Assembly: GCA_037441665.1 (NCBI GenBank)
Contig: JBBIRQ010000001.1
Location: forward strand, 358,666 to 382,665
Reading direction: 5' to 3'
DNA from: Anaerolineaceae bacterium
Lineage (GTDB): Bacteria > Chloroflexota > Anaerolineae > Aggregatilineales > Phototrophicaceae
DNA: 24,000 nucleotides
The notes under the pieces are model-generated. The model ran no database searches, was not told where the DNA came from, and worked only from the letters and a program-made list of their open reading frames with translations. The translations under genes and the position numbers were made by a program. Below are positions 1 through 8,665 of this stretch, in pieces. Numbering within the stretch: position 1 is the first letter of the stretch; every line of letters begins with the position of its first letter.

Positions 1-638
1 ACCATAAAAGCCACCCCCACCCCCGCTAGCGAAGCCTCGCCCTCGCAATCTTCTTGCTGAGGGTTGATAACTGCGTAAGCGGGGGGTAATTCCGGCCCTA
101 CAGAATGGTGGTCGGTGATGATGATGTCTAGGCCGGCGCGATTGCCTTCTACGACTTCCGCCACCGAACGAATGCCACAATCCACCGTGACCACGAGCTG
201 AATACCATCGCGGGCCAGCTGTTGTAGGGCCGGGGTGTTCAAACCGTAGCCCTCATCCACCCGATGCGGAATATAAGGGATGACATCCGCCCCAATATAG
301 CCCAACGTCTTCATCATCAGTGTTGTAGCGGTCACGCCGTCAGCGTCGAAGTCGCCATAGACGGCTATCTTTTGGCGGCGTTTAACAGCATCGTTGATGC
401 GGTGGACCGCCTTAGCCATATCCTTCATCTTGAAAGGATCGTATCTTAGGGACTTGAACGGCTTAGCGAATAAAAAATCGCGCGCCTCGGACGGATGTTG
501 CAAACCACGATTGTATAGAATTTGCGCCAATACAGGAGAGATGCGTTTTTTATGATAAGGTGAACGTATACTCTCGGTATAAGTCGCCAACAATTTTGAA
601 GGCGCGGGAGGAGCGACCACCCATCTTTTTGATAACAT
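1..638 (-). CDS. recJ: Single-stranded-DNA-specific exonuclease RecJ, N-terminal part (gene runs off the left edge)
   Basis: Manual minus-strand translation from ATG at 638 gives MLSKRWVVAPPAPSKLL...KIAVYGDFDADGVTATTLM...DEGYGLNTPAL...VVTVDCG...DIIITDHHSVGPELPPAYAVINPQQEDCEGEASLAGVGVAFM. It has the DHH-family motifs DFDADG and TDHH plus the typical RecJ AVINP...LAGVGVAF stretch. Not in the ORF track because it is open at the edge. Confidence 0.95.
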   Translation of the reverse strand, partial: MLSKRWVVAPPAPSKLLATYTESIRSPYHKKRISPVLAQILYNRGLQHPSEARDFLFAKPFKSLRYDPFKMKDMAKAVHRINDAVKRRQKIAVYGDFDADGVTATTLMMKTLGYIGADVIPYIPHRVDEGYGLNTPALQQLARDGIQLVVTVDCGIRSVAEVVEGNRAGLDIIITDHHSVGPELPPAYAVINPQQEDCEGEASLAGVGVAFM

Positions 639-666
639 AGACTTTTTATCAATCGCTGATTACAAT
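638..666 (+). promoter_or_regulatory. Possible fmt promoter (TAGACT - 17 nt - TACAAT)
   Basis: TAGACT at 638-643 and TACAAT at 661-666 in the divergent recJ/fmt intergenic region. Confidence 0.35.
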
Positions 667-721
667 GCATTTTCGATACTACCATGCGCGCAAATAATCT
701 ACAAGCGATAAGGAATAACCC

Positions 722-1654
722 TTGGCCACCATCATCTTCATGGGCACGCCGCACTTCGCCATACCCACGCTAAAAGCCCTCATACAACATCACCAAGTTA
801 TCGGGGTTATCACCCAACCTGACCGGCCTGTTGGACGCAAACAGATTTTACAAGCATCGCCCGTCAAAACTTTAGCGCTACAGGCCAATATCCCCGTCTT
901 TCAGCCGGAAAAAATCCGCCGCCCGCAGACCATCGAGGCGCTAAAAGCGTGGCAACCCGCTGTGCCCGATTTGTACGTTGTGGCGGCGTTCGGCCAAATT
1001 TTGCCACAAACAGTATTAGAGCTTCCCCGCTATGGCTCTATCAACGTACATGCTTCCTTGTTGCCGCGCTGGCGTGGCGCCGCCCCCATCCAAGCCGCCA
1101 TCCGCCACGGCGACGCCGAGACCGGCATCACCATCATGCTCATGGATGCCGGCCTAGATACAGGGCCTATCCTCAGCCAAAGCGCAATTCCCATCGCCCC
1201 CCAAGAGACGGGGCAAAGCTTACACGACAAACTAGCCGAACTCGGCGCACAATTACTCATCGCAACCCTGCCGCAGTATCTAGAGGGCGCTATCCAACCC
1301 CAGCCCCAACCGAACGAGGGGATAACTTACGCGCCACAAGTCACCAAAGAAGATGGCCGCATAGACTGGAGCCAACCTGCGACCGCCATAGACTGCCTGA
1401 TACGCGCCCTAACCCCTTGGCCGGGCACTTATACCTATTGGCAAGGCAAACAACTCAAAATCCACCAAGGCGAAGCTCAGGCGGGCCATTTGCCCGCGGG
1501 CATCGTCGGCGAAGTCAACGGGCGTATCGCCATTGGCACCGCGCAAGGGCTATACTTACCCCAAGTGGTGCAAATAGAAGGTAAAAAAGCGCTCGATATA
1601 GACGACTTCATACGCGGTTACCGCCATTTTGTGGGCGCGCGTTTAGGAGATTGA
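722..1654 (+). CDS. fmt: Methionyl-tRNA formyltransferase
   Basis: MATIIFMGTPHFAIPTLKAL, SQPDRP-like ITQPDRPVGRK, NVHASLLPRWRGAAPIQAAI, GITIMLMDAGLDTGPIL. TTG start preceded by an AAGGA Shine-Dalgarno at about 710-714. Confidence 0.96.
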   Translation: MATIIFMGTPHFAIPTLKALIQHHQVIGVITQPDRPVGRKQILQASPVKTLALQANIPVFQPEKIRRPQTIEALKAWQPAVPDLYVVAAFGQILPQTVLELPRYGSINVHASLLPRWRGAAPIQAAIRHGDAETGITIMLMDAGLDTGPILSQSAIPIAPQETGQSLHDKLAELGAQLLIATLPQYLEGAIQPQPQPNEGITYAPQVTKEDGRIDWSQPATAIDCLIRALTPWPGTYTYWQGKQLKIHQGEAQAGHLPAGIVGEVNGRIAIGTAQGLYLPQVVQIEGKKALDIDDFIRGYRHFVGARLGD

Positions 1655-1700
1655 GCGTATGATGTTCAATATATCTTACCCATTTAGGACGTGACTATAA

Positions 1701-2237
1701 ATGCGCCTCATCCTCGATTTAGACCAAATCGCCCGCTTGGCCGAAGAACGCCGAGATGAATTTGAAGTGATGCGCTATATGCTCACGATGGATGACGACC
1801 TCGACGACGCGCAAATAGACGCATGGGTAGATGCCATCGCCGAACCCATTCGCTCCGCCATAGATTGCACGCAATGCGGTAATTGTTGCCGTTCCCTAGA
1901 CGTATATTTAACGCCGAACGATGCCCAAAGCCTCGCGCAGGGGCTTGACATCCCGTTAGATACCGTCATCGAAACGTATGTAGACCGTGAAGCGGCGGTA
2001 AAATTTCACGAATGGGGGAAATTCCGCGCCCGACCGTGCGCCTTCTTGAAAGGCAACCTCTGTTCTATCTATCCGCACCGGCCAGAAACCTGTCGCACCT
2101 ATCCACAATTTACCCCTGATTTTCGCTGGGTTTTAGACGACCTATTAGATGGCGCTCATCTCTGCCCTATCATTTACAACGTCTTAGATGCGATGGTCAA
2201 AAAGGTAGATACCCTTTATCTAGATGAAGATGCTTGA
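1701..2237 (+). CDS. YkgJ-family Cys-cluster (zinc/iron-chelating) domain protein
   Basis: Cys motif CTQCGNCCRSLDVYL ... RPCAFLKGNLCSIYPHRPETCRTYPQF typical of the family. Confidence 0.85.
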   Translation: MRLILDLDQIARLAEERRDEFEVMRYMLTMDDDLDDAQIDAWVDAIAEPIRSAIDCTQCGNCCRSLDVYLTPNDAQSLAQGLDIPLDTVIETYVDREAAVKFHEWGKFRARPCAFLKGNLCSIYPHRPETCRTYPQFTPDFRWVLDDLLDGAHLCPIIYNVLDAMVKKVDTLYLDEDA

Positions 2238-2309
2238 AACAGCGCAACTTTATCGGTCCGCATGCGTAATCCTCTGTAGAATCATCATGCACTAAAGGAC
2301 ATATCTACC

Positions 2310-2522
2310 ATGAACGATATTAAAAAGCTCACTCGCAAAACGCAAAATGAACAAATCGCTGGTGTTTGCGCTGGACTCGCCGATTACTTCAACCTTGATG
2401 TCACCGTTGTGCGGCTTATCTTCGTTTTAATGGCCTTTTTTGGCGGGCCGGGGCTTCTGCTTTATATCATCTTGTGGGTTATCATGCCAGAAGATGAACG
2501 CAAGAAAAAAGTCGAAATCTAA
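2310..2522 (+). CDS. PspC-domain small membrane protein
   Basis: KLTRKTQNEQIAGVCAGLADYFNLDVTVVRLIFVLMAFFGGPGLLLYIILWVIMPED is a classic single PspC domain. Confidence 0.92.
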   Translation: MNDIKKLTRKTQNEQIAGVCAGLADYFNLDVTVVRLIFVLMAFFGGPGLLLYIILWVIMPEDERKKKVEI

Positions 2523-2530
2523 GGCAACAC

Positions 2531-2558
2531 TCCCACTGTTACGGTGGGGTTTCTTTTC
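2531..2558 (+). terminator. Short intrinsic-terminator-like hairpin after the PspC gene
   Basis: TCCCAC (2531-2536) / GTGGGG (2544-2549) stem with one G-T pair, followed by TTTCTTTT. Confidence 0.5.
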
Positions 2559-3579
2559 AAGGTGGGAAAGTATAGCGCAAGGAGGAGACCAGCGCCGAAG
2601 CCGACGATATAGGCTTGACGCAATCCAGCAATAAATAGCGCCCCGTGCGTTTGGGCTGGGAATGGGCGTAACTGGCCAATCGCAAATGATTCACCCCCAC
2701 GAGGGCATAGCCATCCCGCGCCGGGATATGCCCCGCCACAATTGCCTTTAACTCCACACCGCACAGCGCGGACATCACGCGCAGAAATACGGCCGCTTGT
2801 AATGCATAACTACTCAAAAAATGCCCGTTCTCATTCGTAGTGAAAAGGGTATCCCACAAAAACTGAAAATCTTTGCTATTTTCGCTGATGAAGTTGGCGC
2901 GGAGCAAATCGGTAAAACGGGAATCTTCCGCACCCGAAATAGCCAGATAGTGGCGAGCTTGGGCCAGATATTGGGGGTTATGGCGCAAACTATCTAATAG
3001 GGGCCATTCAGCAATCTGCTCAGAAAATGCGCGCAAGATGGCGCGGTGGTCAAAGTGCCTCAACCGTTCGCCATCGGCGCGCGCGCGCACCACCTTAGGG
3101 GCCCCTGCATGGGTGAGCAAAACACCAGAGGGCGTATAAGCATAGAAAGGCAACGACATGAAAAACGCAAGGACCGCTGAACGGTCTTGAGCAGATTGAG
3201 GATTGGCGTCGAGCTGGCTTAGAGCATGTTCAAAGCGCGAGGTGAACTCCAAATCGCCTTTAGATAACGTCACCCCATAGATATGCGGCATTTCGTGGTT
3301 GCCTAGCAGGACGATAACCGCATCTGAACCCAGTTCCGCTTGTAACCGCATGACATCAAGGACAATAGGCAAGCTCGCATCCTCTGCGCTCGTCCCGTAG
3401 CCATGAATCAAATCCCCGCATAAGACCAATCGTTGGGCCTCGCCACGGGCGCGATGCTCCAAAAAGAGGTCGCGCAACCGTTCGTAAGCGTCCCAATCGC
3501 CATGAATATCCGTCACGACCATGGCGACACCATCCGGTATCGCCACAAAACGGTTGATGTCGGCAGGCGTATGCATCAT
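2557..3579 (-). CDS. Metallophosphoesterase (PPP/calcineurin-like phosphatase)
   Basis: VVTDIHGDWDAYERL, LVLCGDLIHGYG, VLLGNHE, LLTHAGAP. The track start (3582) is TTG; an ATG lies at 3579. Confidence 0.85.
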   Translation of the reverse strand: MMHTPADINRFVAIPDGVAMVVTDIHGDWDAYERLRDLFLEHRARGEAQRLVLCGDLIHGYGTSAEDASLPIVLDVMRLQAELGSDAVIVLLGNHEMPHIYGVTLSKGDLEFTSRFEHALSQLDANPQSAQDRSAVLAFFMSLPFYAYTPSGVLLTHAGAPKVVRARADGERLRHFDHRAILRAFSEQIAEWPLLDSLRHNPQYLAQARHYLAISGAEDSRFTDLLRANFISENSKDFQFLWDTLFTTNENGHFLSSYALQAAVFLRVMSALCGVELKAIVAGHIPARDGYALVGVNHLRLASYAHSQPKRTGRYLLLDCVKPISSASALVSSLRYTFPP

Positions 3580-3917
3580 CAAAGCAAAAAGATAATCGCA
3601 GAAGCGGCTTCAAAGAGGAGCGTCACCACAAACCCTCTATCCCATAACGCGCGCTGGCGCAAACCCTCTACCAGCCGCATGACGGCCAAGCCCGCATAGC
3701 CTATCCCGAACAAGCGATACGCATCAAGCGTGTTCAAGGCGATAGCGCCTAAACCCAGCGCGATGAACAAACCGCCCCAATTGATGCGAACCTCCGCTGT
3801 GCCGCGCGTGGAGGACGCATCTAGGCCGGCAAATTGCGCGATAAGAATCGGTTGCACAATAGCGACAACACCAAACACGACAGAAGCAAAAGCGGCAATA
3901 ATCTTTAACGCATCCAT
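3579..3917 (-). CDS. Small four-helix-like integral membrane protein of unknown function (DUF4345-like?)
   Basis: 112 aa hydrophobic protein MDALKIIAAFASVVFGVVAIVQPILIAQFAG...; its stop overlaps the start of the downstream phosphatase (TGATG), implying coupling. Confidence 0.7.
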   Translation of the reverse strand: MDALKIIAAFASVVFGVVAIVQPILIAQFAGLDASSTRGTAEVRINWGGLFIALGLGAIALNTLDAYRLFGIGYAGLAVMRLVEGLRQRALWDRGFVVTLLFEAASAIIFLL

Positions 3918-3938
3918 AACCGCTACTCCTCTAAAATG

Positions 3939-3969
3939 AAAAAGGGCGACGCGAAAACATCACCCTTTT
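3939..3969 (-). terminator. Strong intrinsic terminator downstream of mdh
   Basis: On the minus strand: AAAAGGGTGATG-TTTTCG-CGTCGCCCTTTT, a 12-bp stem with two G-T pairs, followed by T and CATTTT. Stem arms 3940-3951 and 3958-3969. Confidence 0.8.
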
Positions 3970-3996
3970 ATTGTACACGCTTACACGCATCGGGGC

Positions 3997-4941
3997 TTAA
4001 TAACCCAAAACATCTACCACCGATTTGACCGCATTGGCGCTGTGGTCGAGCATCGCCTTTTCTTCGGCGTTCAAATCCATGACGATGACCTTTTCCACGC
4101 CTTTAGCGCCCAACACAGCGGGAACGCCGATGAATAAATTATCGTATCCATATTCACCGCGCAGATATACAGCCGATGGGATAACCCGTTTTTGGTCTTT
4201 GAGGATAGCTTCTACCATCTCCACCACCCCAGCGGAGGGCGCATAATAGCCACTATAACCCAATAGGCTCACGATTTCGCCGCCGCCATCGCGGGTGCGC
4301 TGGATGATGGCTTGCAAACGCTCCTCAGAGACGAGTTCGCGCACAGGTATACCCGCGATGGACGTATGACGCGGGAGCGGCACCATCGTATCGCCGTGCC
4401 CCCCTAAGACGATGCCGTGGACATCGCGCACGCTGACGCCTAATTCCATCGCGATGAACGTCTTGTAACGCGCGGTATCTAAAGCGCCCGCTTGGCCGAT
4501 GACCCGGTGCGATTCAAAACCGCTCTCGTGCAAAGCCACATGGCACATGGCATCTAGTGGATTAGAGACGATGATAAGGATACTGTTGGGCGAATATTTG
4601 ACCACCTCTTTAGTGACGTCGCCTACAATTTTTTGGTTGATTTTGACGAGTTCATCGCGGCTCGTATATTGCCCCGTCACCGGGTCTTTCTTGCGCGGCA
4701 CGCCAGCGGTGATGACCACAACATCGGAATTGGCAGTCGCTTCGTAAGTACCGGAGCCGACAATGTTGATGTCGAATTTCATCACGGGGCCGGCCTCTAA
4801 CAAATCTAAAGCCTTGCCCTTAGCCGCGCCTTCTACAATATCCACCAAAACCACATCTGCTAACTCTTTTTGTGCAATCCAATGCGCGGCAGTAGCGCCT
4901 ACATTACCCGCGCCCACAATGGTAACCTTCTGACGACCCAT
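3997..4941 (-). CDS. mdh: Malate dehydrogenase (LDH-like type)
   Basis: MGRQKVTIVGAGNVGATAAHW, VVVITAGVPRKKD, IVSNPLDAM, VIGQAGALDTAR, VLGGHGDTMVPL; AGAAGGAG Shine-Dalgarno upstream. Confidence 0.97.
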   Translation of the reverse strand: MGRQKVTIVGAGNVGATAAHWIAQKELADVVLVDIVEGAAKGKALDLLEAGPVMKFDINIVGSGTYEATANSDVVVITAGVPRKKDPVTGQYTSRDELVKINQKIVGDVTKEVVKYSPNSILIIVSNPLDAMCHVALHESGFESHRVIGQAGALDTARYKTFIAMELGVSVRDVHGIVLGGHGDTMVPLPRHTSIAGIPVRELVSEERLQAIIQRTRDGGGEIVSLLGYSGYYAPSAGVVEMVEAILKDQKRVIPSAVYLRGEYGYDNLFIGVPAVLGAKGVEKVIVMDLNAEEKAMLDHSANAVKSVVDVLGY

Positions 4942-5038
4942 AATAGCCCATCGCTCCTTCTATTGTAGTTAATAACCTATCATCGGATGCACACAGGGCG
5001 GCGCATCTTTCGTCTCGTGATTATAACGGAGGAAGCGC

Positions 5039-6640
5039 TTATACTTTAGGCCCACCTGATAAAATCTCTAGATTTCCATCGGGCACGCAAGCGTTCATAT
5101 TCTTTTTGAACATCTCGGCGAGGGCGCGGGCTTTGCTATCATAAGCGTCTCCATCTGCCCATGTATGAATGGGATTCAGTAATTCTGTTGGTACGCCCGA
5201 CACCTGTTGTGGGATATGCAAGCCAAAATAGGGTTCTTCGGTATAAGCGACCCCTTCCAATTCGCCGTTGAGAGCGGCATTCACCATGCGACGGGTATAT
5301 TCCAAGCGGATGCGGTGGCCTGTGCCATTCCACCCAGTATTAATTAACCACACCGAAGCGCCGTGTTGCTTAATTTTTTGCTCCAACAGTTCCGCGTAGA
5401 CAGTGGCGGGCAAAGGCATAAAAGGCGCGCCGAAGCAATTGCTGAAGGTCGCCGTCGGCTCGGTGACGCCGCGTTCTGTCCCAGCTACTTTGGCTGTATA
5501 ACCGCTGATGAAGTGATACATCGCTTGGGCGGGGGTCAACTTGCTGATTGGCGGCAAGATACCAAAGGCATCAGCCGTCAAAAAGATGATGTTTTTAGGA
5601 TGTCCCCCTAAACCTGTCTTGCTAGCGTTAGGAATAAAATGGATGGGATATGAACAGCGCGTGTTTTCTGTATAGCGCGCATCGTCAAAATCGGGTACGC
5701 GGTCATCCATCAGCGGCACATTTTCTAAAATCGTGCCGAACATCTTCGTTGTGGCATAAATCTCTGGTTCGCGCTCTGGGCTAAGGTGGATGGTTTTAGC
5801 ATAGCAACCGCCCTCAAAGTTAAAAATGCCGTCGTCGCTCCAACCGTGTTCATCGTCCCCTATTAATGTGCGCGTGGCGTCTGCGCTCAGCGTCGTTTTG
5901 CCTGTGCCGCTCAGCCCAAAGAAGATAGCCGTATCGCCTTTGGGCCCCATGTTCGCGGAACAGTGCATCGGCATCACACCGCGCAAGGGGAGCAAGTAAT
6001 TCATCACAGAAAAGATGCCCTTTTTCACCTCGCCGGAATACAGCGTGCCGCCGATGAGAATCATCTTTTTTTCAAAATTAATGACGATAAAGGTACCGGT
6101 GCGCGTGCCATCCACATCTGGGCGGGCGATGAGCGTAGGCGCGGCCAAGACGGTGAATTGGGGGTCATGCTCGGCCAATTCCGCTTCGGTCGCGGGGATG
6201 AACATATTCCAAGCGAAAAGCGCATGATAAGCCGCCGCGCTAATGACGCGGATAGGCAAACGATATTTGGGGTCTGCGCCGCAAAAACCATCATATACAT
6301 ACAAATGGCGGCGATGGCTCAGATGGTCGAGCACTTTCTGATGCAGATGGTCAAAAACGCTGGGGCTAATCGGTTGGTTCACGCTCCCCCAAGCGATATG
6401 CTCTGCACTAGGTTCTTGCTGGACGATGAATTTATCTTTGGGGCTACGGCCCGTATATTGTCCGGTCAGCACGCGCAACGCCCCATCACGGGTTAGTTCA
6501 CCTTCCCCATTCCGTATCGCATGCTCGTACAATTCAGGGGTGGTCAAATTCCAATGAACATGCACATCTTTAACATCGGCAACCTTTAAGCCAACGACAT
6601 CCAACCCGACCGAGCTATGAACATGAGGTTTGGCGTACAC
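5039..6640 (-). CDS. pckA: Phosphoenolpyruvate carboxykinase (ATP)
   Basis: TGRSPKDKFIV, MHCSANMGPKGDTAIFFGLSGTGKTTLSADATRTLIGDDEHGW, NFEGGCYAKTI; length 533 aa is typical. Confidence 0.98.
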   Translation of the reverse strand: MYAKPHVHSSVGLDVVGLKVADVKDVHVHWNLTTPELYEHAIRNGEGELTRDGALRVLTGQYTGRSPKDKFIVQQEPSAEHIAWGSVNQPISPSVFDHLHQKVLDHLSHRRHLYVYDGFCGADPKYRLPIRVISAAAYHALFAWNMFIPATEAELAEHDPQFTVLAAPTLIARPDVDGTRTGTFIVINFEKKMILIGGTLYSGEVKKGIFSVMNYLLPLRGVMPMHCSANMGPKGDTAIFFGLSGTGKTTLSADATRTLIGDDEHGWSDDGIFNFEGGCYAKTIHLSPEREPEIYATTKMFGTILENVPLMDDRVPDFDDARYTENTRCSYPIHFIPNASKTGLGGHPKNIIFLTADAFGILPPISKLTPAQAMYHFISGYTAKVAGTERGVTEPTATFSNCFGAPFMPLPATVYAELLEQKIKQHGASVWLINTGWNGTGHRIRLEYTRRMVNAALNGELEGVAYTEEPYFGLHIPQQVSGVPTELLNPIHTWADGDAYDSKARALAEMFKKNMNACVPDGNLEILSGGPKV

Positions 6641-6725
6641 GGCACACTCCTTACTTGGCTTACAATGATAAGCGCTTCTCTTAGCAGGTCTATGGCAACG
6701 AGTCCAGCGAATGGACGACGCAATT

Positions 6726-6747
6726 ATATGTGATTTTTATCACGTAT
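6726..6747. promoter_or_regulatory. CRP/FNR-superfamily (CRP-like) operator palindrome upstream of pckA
   Basis: ATATGTGATTTTTATCACGTAT: core TGTGA-N6-TCACG, 9/10 to the CRP consensus TGTGA-N6-TCACA, in a 22-bp palindrome with one arm mismatch, located in the divergent pckA / small-ORF intergenic region. Confidence 0.6.
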
Positions 6748-6874
6748 TCATCGAAATCGTGCAAGTTGTATGAAAAAGCCGTCTATTAAACGATTAAAAA
6801 ACCCTCAATCAGCGCCTGCAAAGAAGCTTTGCTTTGTTCAATGTGCTCAAAAATGCCCATCCTAAACACTAGTC

Positions 6875-6903
6875 TTGACGCTTGGCGCGGGAATAGGCAC
6901 AAT
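6875..6903 (+). promoter_or_regulatory. Possible promoter for the 6944 gene (TTGACG - 17 nt - CACAAT)
   Basis: TTGACG 6875-6880 and CACAAT 6898-6903, followed by Shine-Dalgarno AGGAAGG 6932-6938. Confidence 0.35.
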
Positions 6904-6943
6904 TAAGCATTATGAACCATACCAAAACCAAAGGAAGGCAATT

Positions 6944-7222
6944 GTGGCGTCTGGAGAACACAACACCACGAATAACGCGGCTATATCGCGCGGCTTAGCG
7001 ATGGTTGGCGGCTTAGGCATGACTATCATCATGGTTGGTTTAGGGGTCGGTGTCATTAACGGGCCGAACACAACGCCCGAAACCAGCCAAACTATCGGCT
7101 TGTTACTCGTTACTGGGGGTGGATTGCTCGTCGTAGCGATTGCGGCATGGCTAGCCACGGTGCGCCCTTTTGAACACTTTGATGACATCAACCAACCGCT
7201 AGAGGATGAAGGGCATCACTAA
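6944..7222 (+). CDS. Small two-helix membrane protein, unknown function
   Basis: Preferred GTG start at 6944 (AGGAAGG Shine-Dalgarno upstream): VASGEHNTTNNAAISRGLAMVGGLGMTIIMVGLGVGVI...TIGLLLVTGGGLLVVAIAAWLATV. The track start at 6875 is a TTG inside a likely -35 element. Confidence 0.7.
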   Translation: MASGEHNTTNNAAISRGLAMVGGLGMTIIMVGLGVGVINGPNTTPETSQTIGLLLVTGGGLLVVAIAAWLATVRPFEHFDDINQPLEDEGHH

Positions 7223-7227
7223 ACGCC

Positions 7228-7734
7228 ATGCCCAACGCCATACCCGCACGCGCCGCCATCTATGACCCTTTTGAAGGTTATGTCATCCGTTTTGATGAGC
7301 GCTTTTTCCTGACGACAAGCGCCCCAAACGATGCCGACATCATCGCCCAAGGGGCGATGATTGTGCGTTATGGCATCCGCTATTTGGGCAAGCCCCATCG
7401 GGCTATCGTGCCCGAACTCGTGGCGCTCGATTATGGCGATATGTTCAGCGGCGAGAGCGCTTGGGACTTCCTGATGAAAAAGAGTAACCTTTACCCGCGC
7501 GCTGATGTGGTTGGGCACACGCACGACGGCGCAGACGAGATGATACCCGTTAAAATGCTCGACATCGTGTTACCTGTGATGGTATTGGTATACGATAGCC
7601 CTAACGCCCACGTGCCGCTAGCGAACCCCATCGCCCTGCTCAGCGCCGATACCGCGCATCTGCCAGAGCGCTTATGCGCTCATTTGCCCGTTTATCCCAC
7701 CCTGTCGGATTGGGCCGCGCAACAACATGAATGA
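7228..7734 (+). CDS. Conserved-looking hypothetical protein (168 aa)
   Basis: ORF sits between the small membrane protein and era; its 3' end overlaps the era start by 8 nt, suggesting an operon. No family recognised. Confidence 0.7.
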   Translation: MPNAIPARAAIYDPFEGYVIRFDERFFLTTSAPNDADIIAQGAMIVRYGIRYLGKPHRAIVPELVALDYGDMFSGESAWDFLMKKSNLYPRADVVGHTHDGADEMIPVKMLDIVLPVMVLVYDSPNAHVPLANPIALLSADTAHLPERLCAHLPVYPTLSDWAAQQHE

Positions 7735-8665
7735 TTTAGATTCCATTTTTAACGAGGATTGGCCACAAGACCATCGTTCAGGTGTTGTAGCCGTGGTCGG
7801 GCGACCGAATGTTGGCAAATCCACCCTCATCAACGCCATCATAGGGCAAAAAATCGCTATCGTCGCCCCCAAACCGCAAACAACCCGACGGCAACAATTA
7901 GGCATCTATACCACCCCGCGCGCGCAAATTTTATTCGTAGATACGCCCGGTATTCACAAAGCGCACCATCGCTTGGGGCAATATATGGTGGATGTCGCCA
8001 CCCGTGCCCTGCAAGATGCCGATATTATCCTATGGATAGTGGATATAACGTTACCTCCGCATCCCGAAGACCGCGCCATCTCTGCGACTATCGGCGACAG
8101 AGCGCCGCAAACGCCCCTTGTGCTCGTCTTCAACAAGATAGACAAAATCAACGCCGAAGCCACCGCGCATGTCGAAGCGTTTAACGCCCTCGTAAAAGCC
8201 CATAGCCAGTACCGCATCAGCGCCTTAAACGGCCTTGGCATTGCGGATTTGCTCGACGCGCTCTTATCGCTACTGCCTACCGGCCCACGTTTTTACCCCG
8301 CGGACCAAACGAGCGAAGTCAACATGCGGTTTATCGCCAGCGAAATCATCCGCGAAAAAGTCATCCTGCATACCGAAAAAGAGGTCCCACATGCGGTCGC
8401 CGTCGAAATAGATAGCTACCAAGAGGAAGAAACGCGCGTTGTCATCAGCGCCATCATTTATGTAGAGCGCGATTCCCAAAAAGGTATCCTCATCGGCAAA
8501 GGTGGGCAAATGATTAAGGCTATCGGTAGCGCGGCACGCCAAGAGCTAATAGAACTGCTAGAGACGCCCGTACACCTCGACTTACGAGTAAAAGTGCTAC
8601 CCAACTGGCGAAGCGACCCCCGCCTACTAAAACGCTTGGGCTATAAAGTCGAAAGCGATGATTAA
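7727..8665 (+). CDS. era: GTPase Era
   Basis: GRPNVGKSTLINAIIGQKIAIVAPKPQTTRRQQLGI, DTPGIHK, FNKID, C-terminal KH domain ILIGKGGQMIKAIGSAARQELIELLETPVHLDLRVKV. Confidence 0.98.
   Translation: MNDLDSIFNEDWPQDHRSGVVAVVGRPNVGKSTLINAIIGQKIAIVAPKPQTTRRQQLGIYTTPRAQILFVDTPGIHKAHHRLGQYMVDVATRALQDADIILWIVDITLPPHPEDRAISATIGDRAPQTPLVLVFNKIDKINAEATAHVEAFNALVKAHSQYRISALNGLGIADLLDALLSLLPTGPRFYPADQTSEVNMRFIASEIIREKVILHTEKEVPHAVAVEIDSYQEEETRVVISAIIYVERDSQKGILIGKGGQMIKAIGSAARQELIELLETPVHLDLRVKVLPNWRSDPRLLKRLGYKVESDD

Noticed and set aside
949-1584. 211-aa + strand ORF in another frame of fmt
   Set aside because: Fully nested within the well-supported fmt CDS, Arg/His/Pro-rich composition typical of an out-of-frame reading of the gene, no family motif or RBS.
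5963-6496. 177-aa + strand ORF antisense to pckA
   Set aside because: Shadow of the conserved pckA coding sequence.
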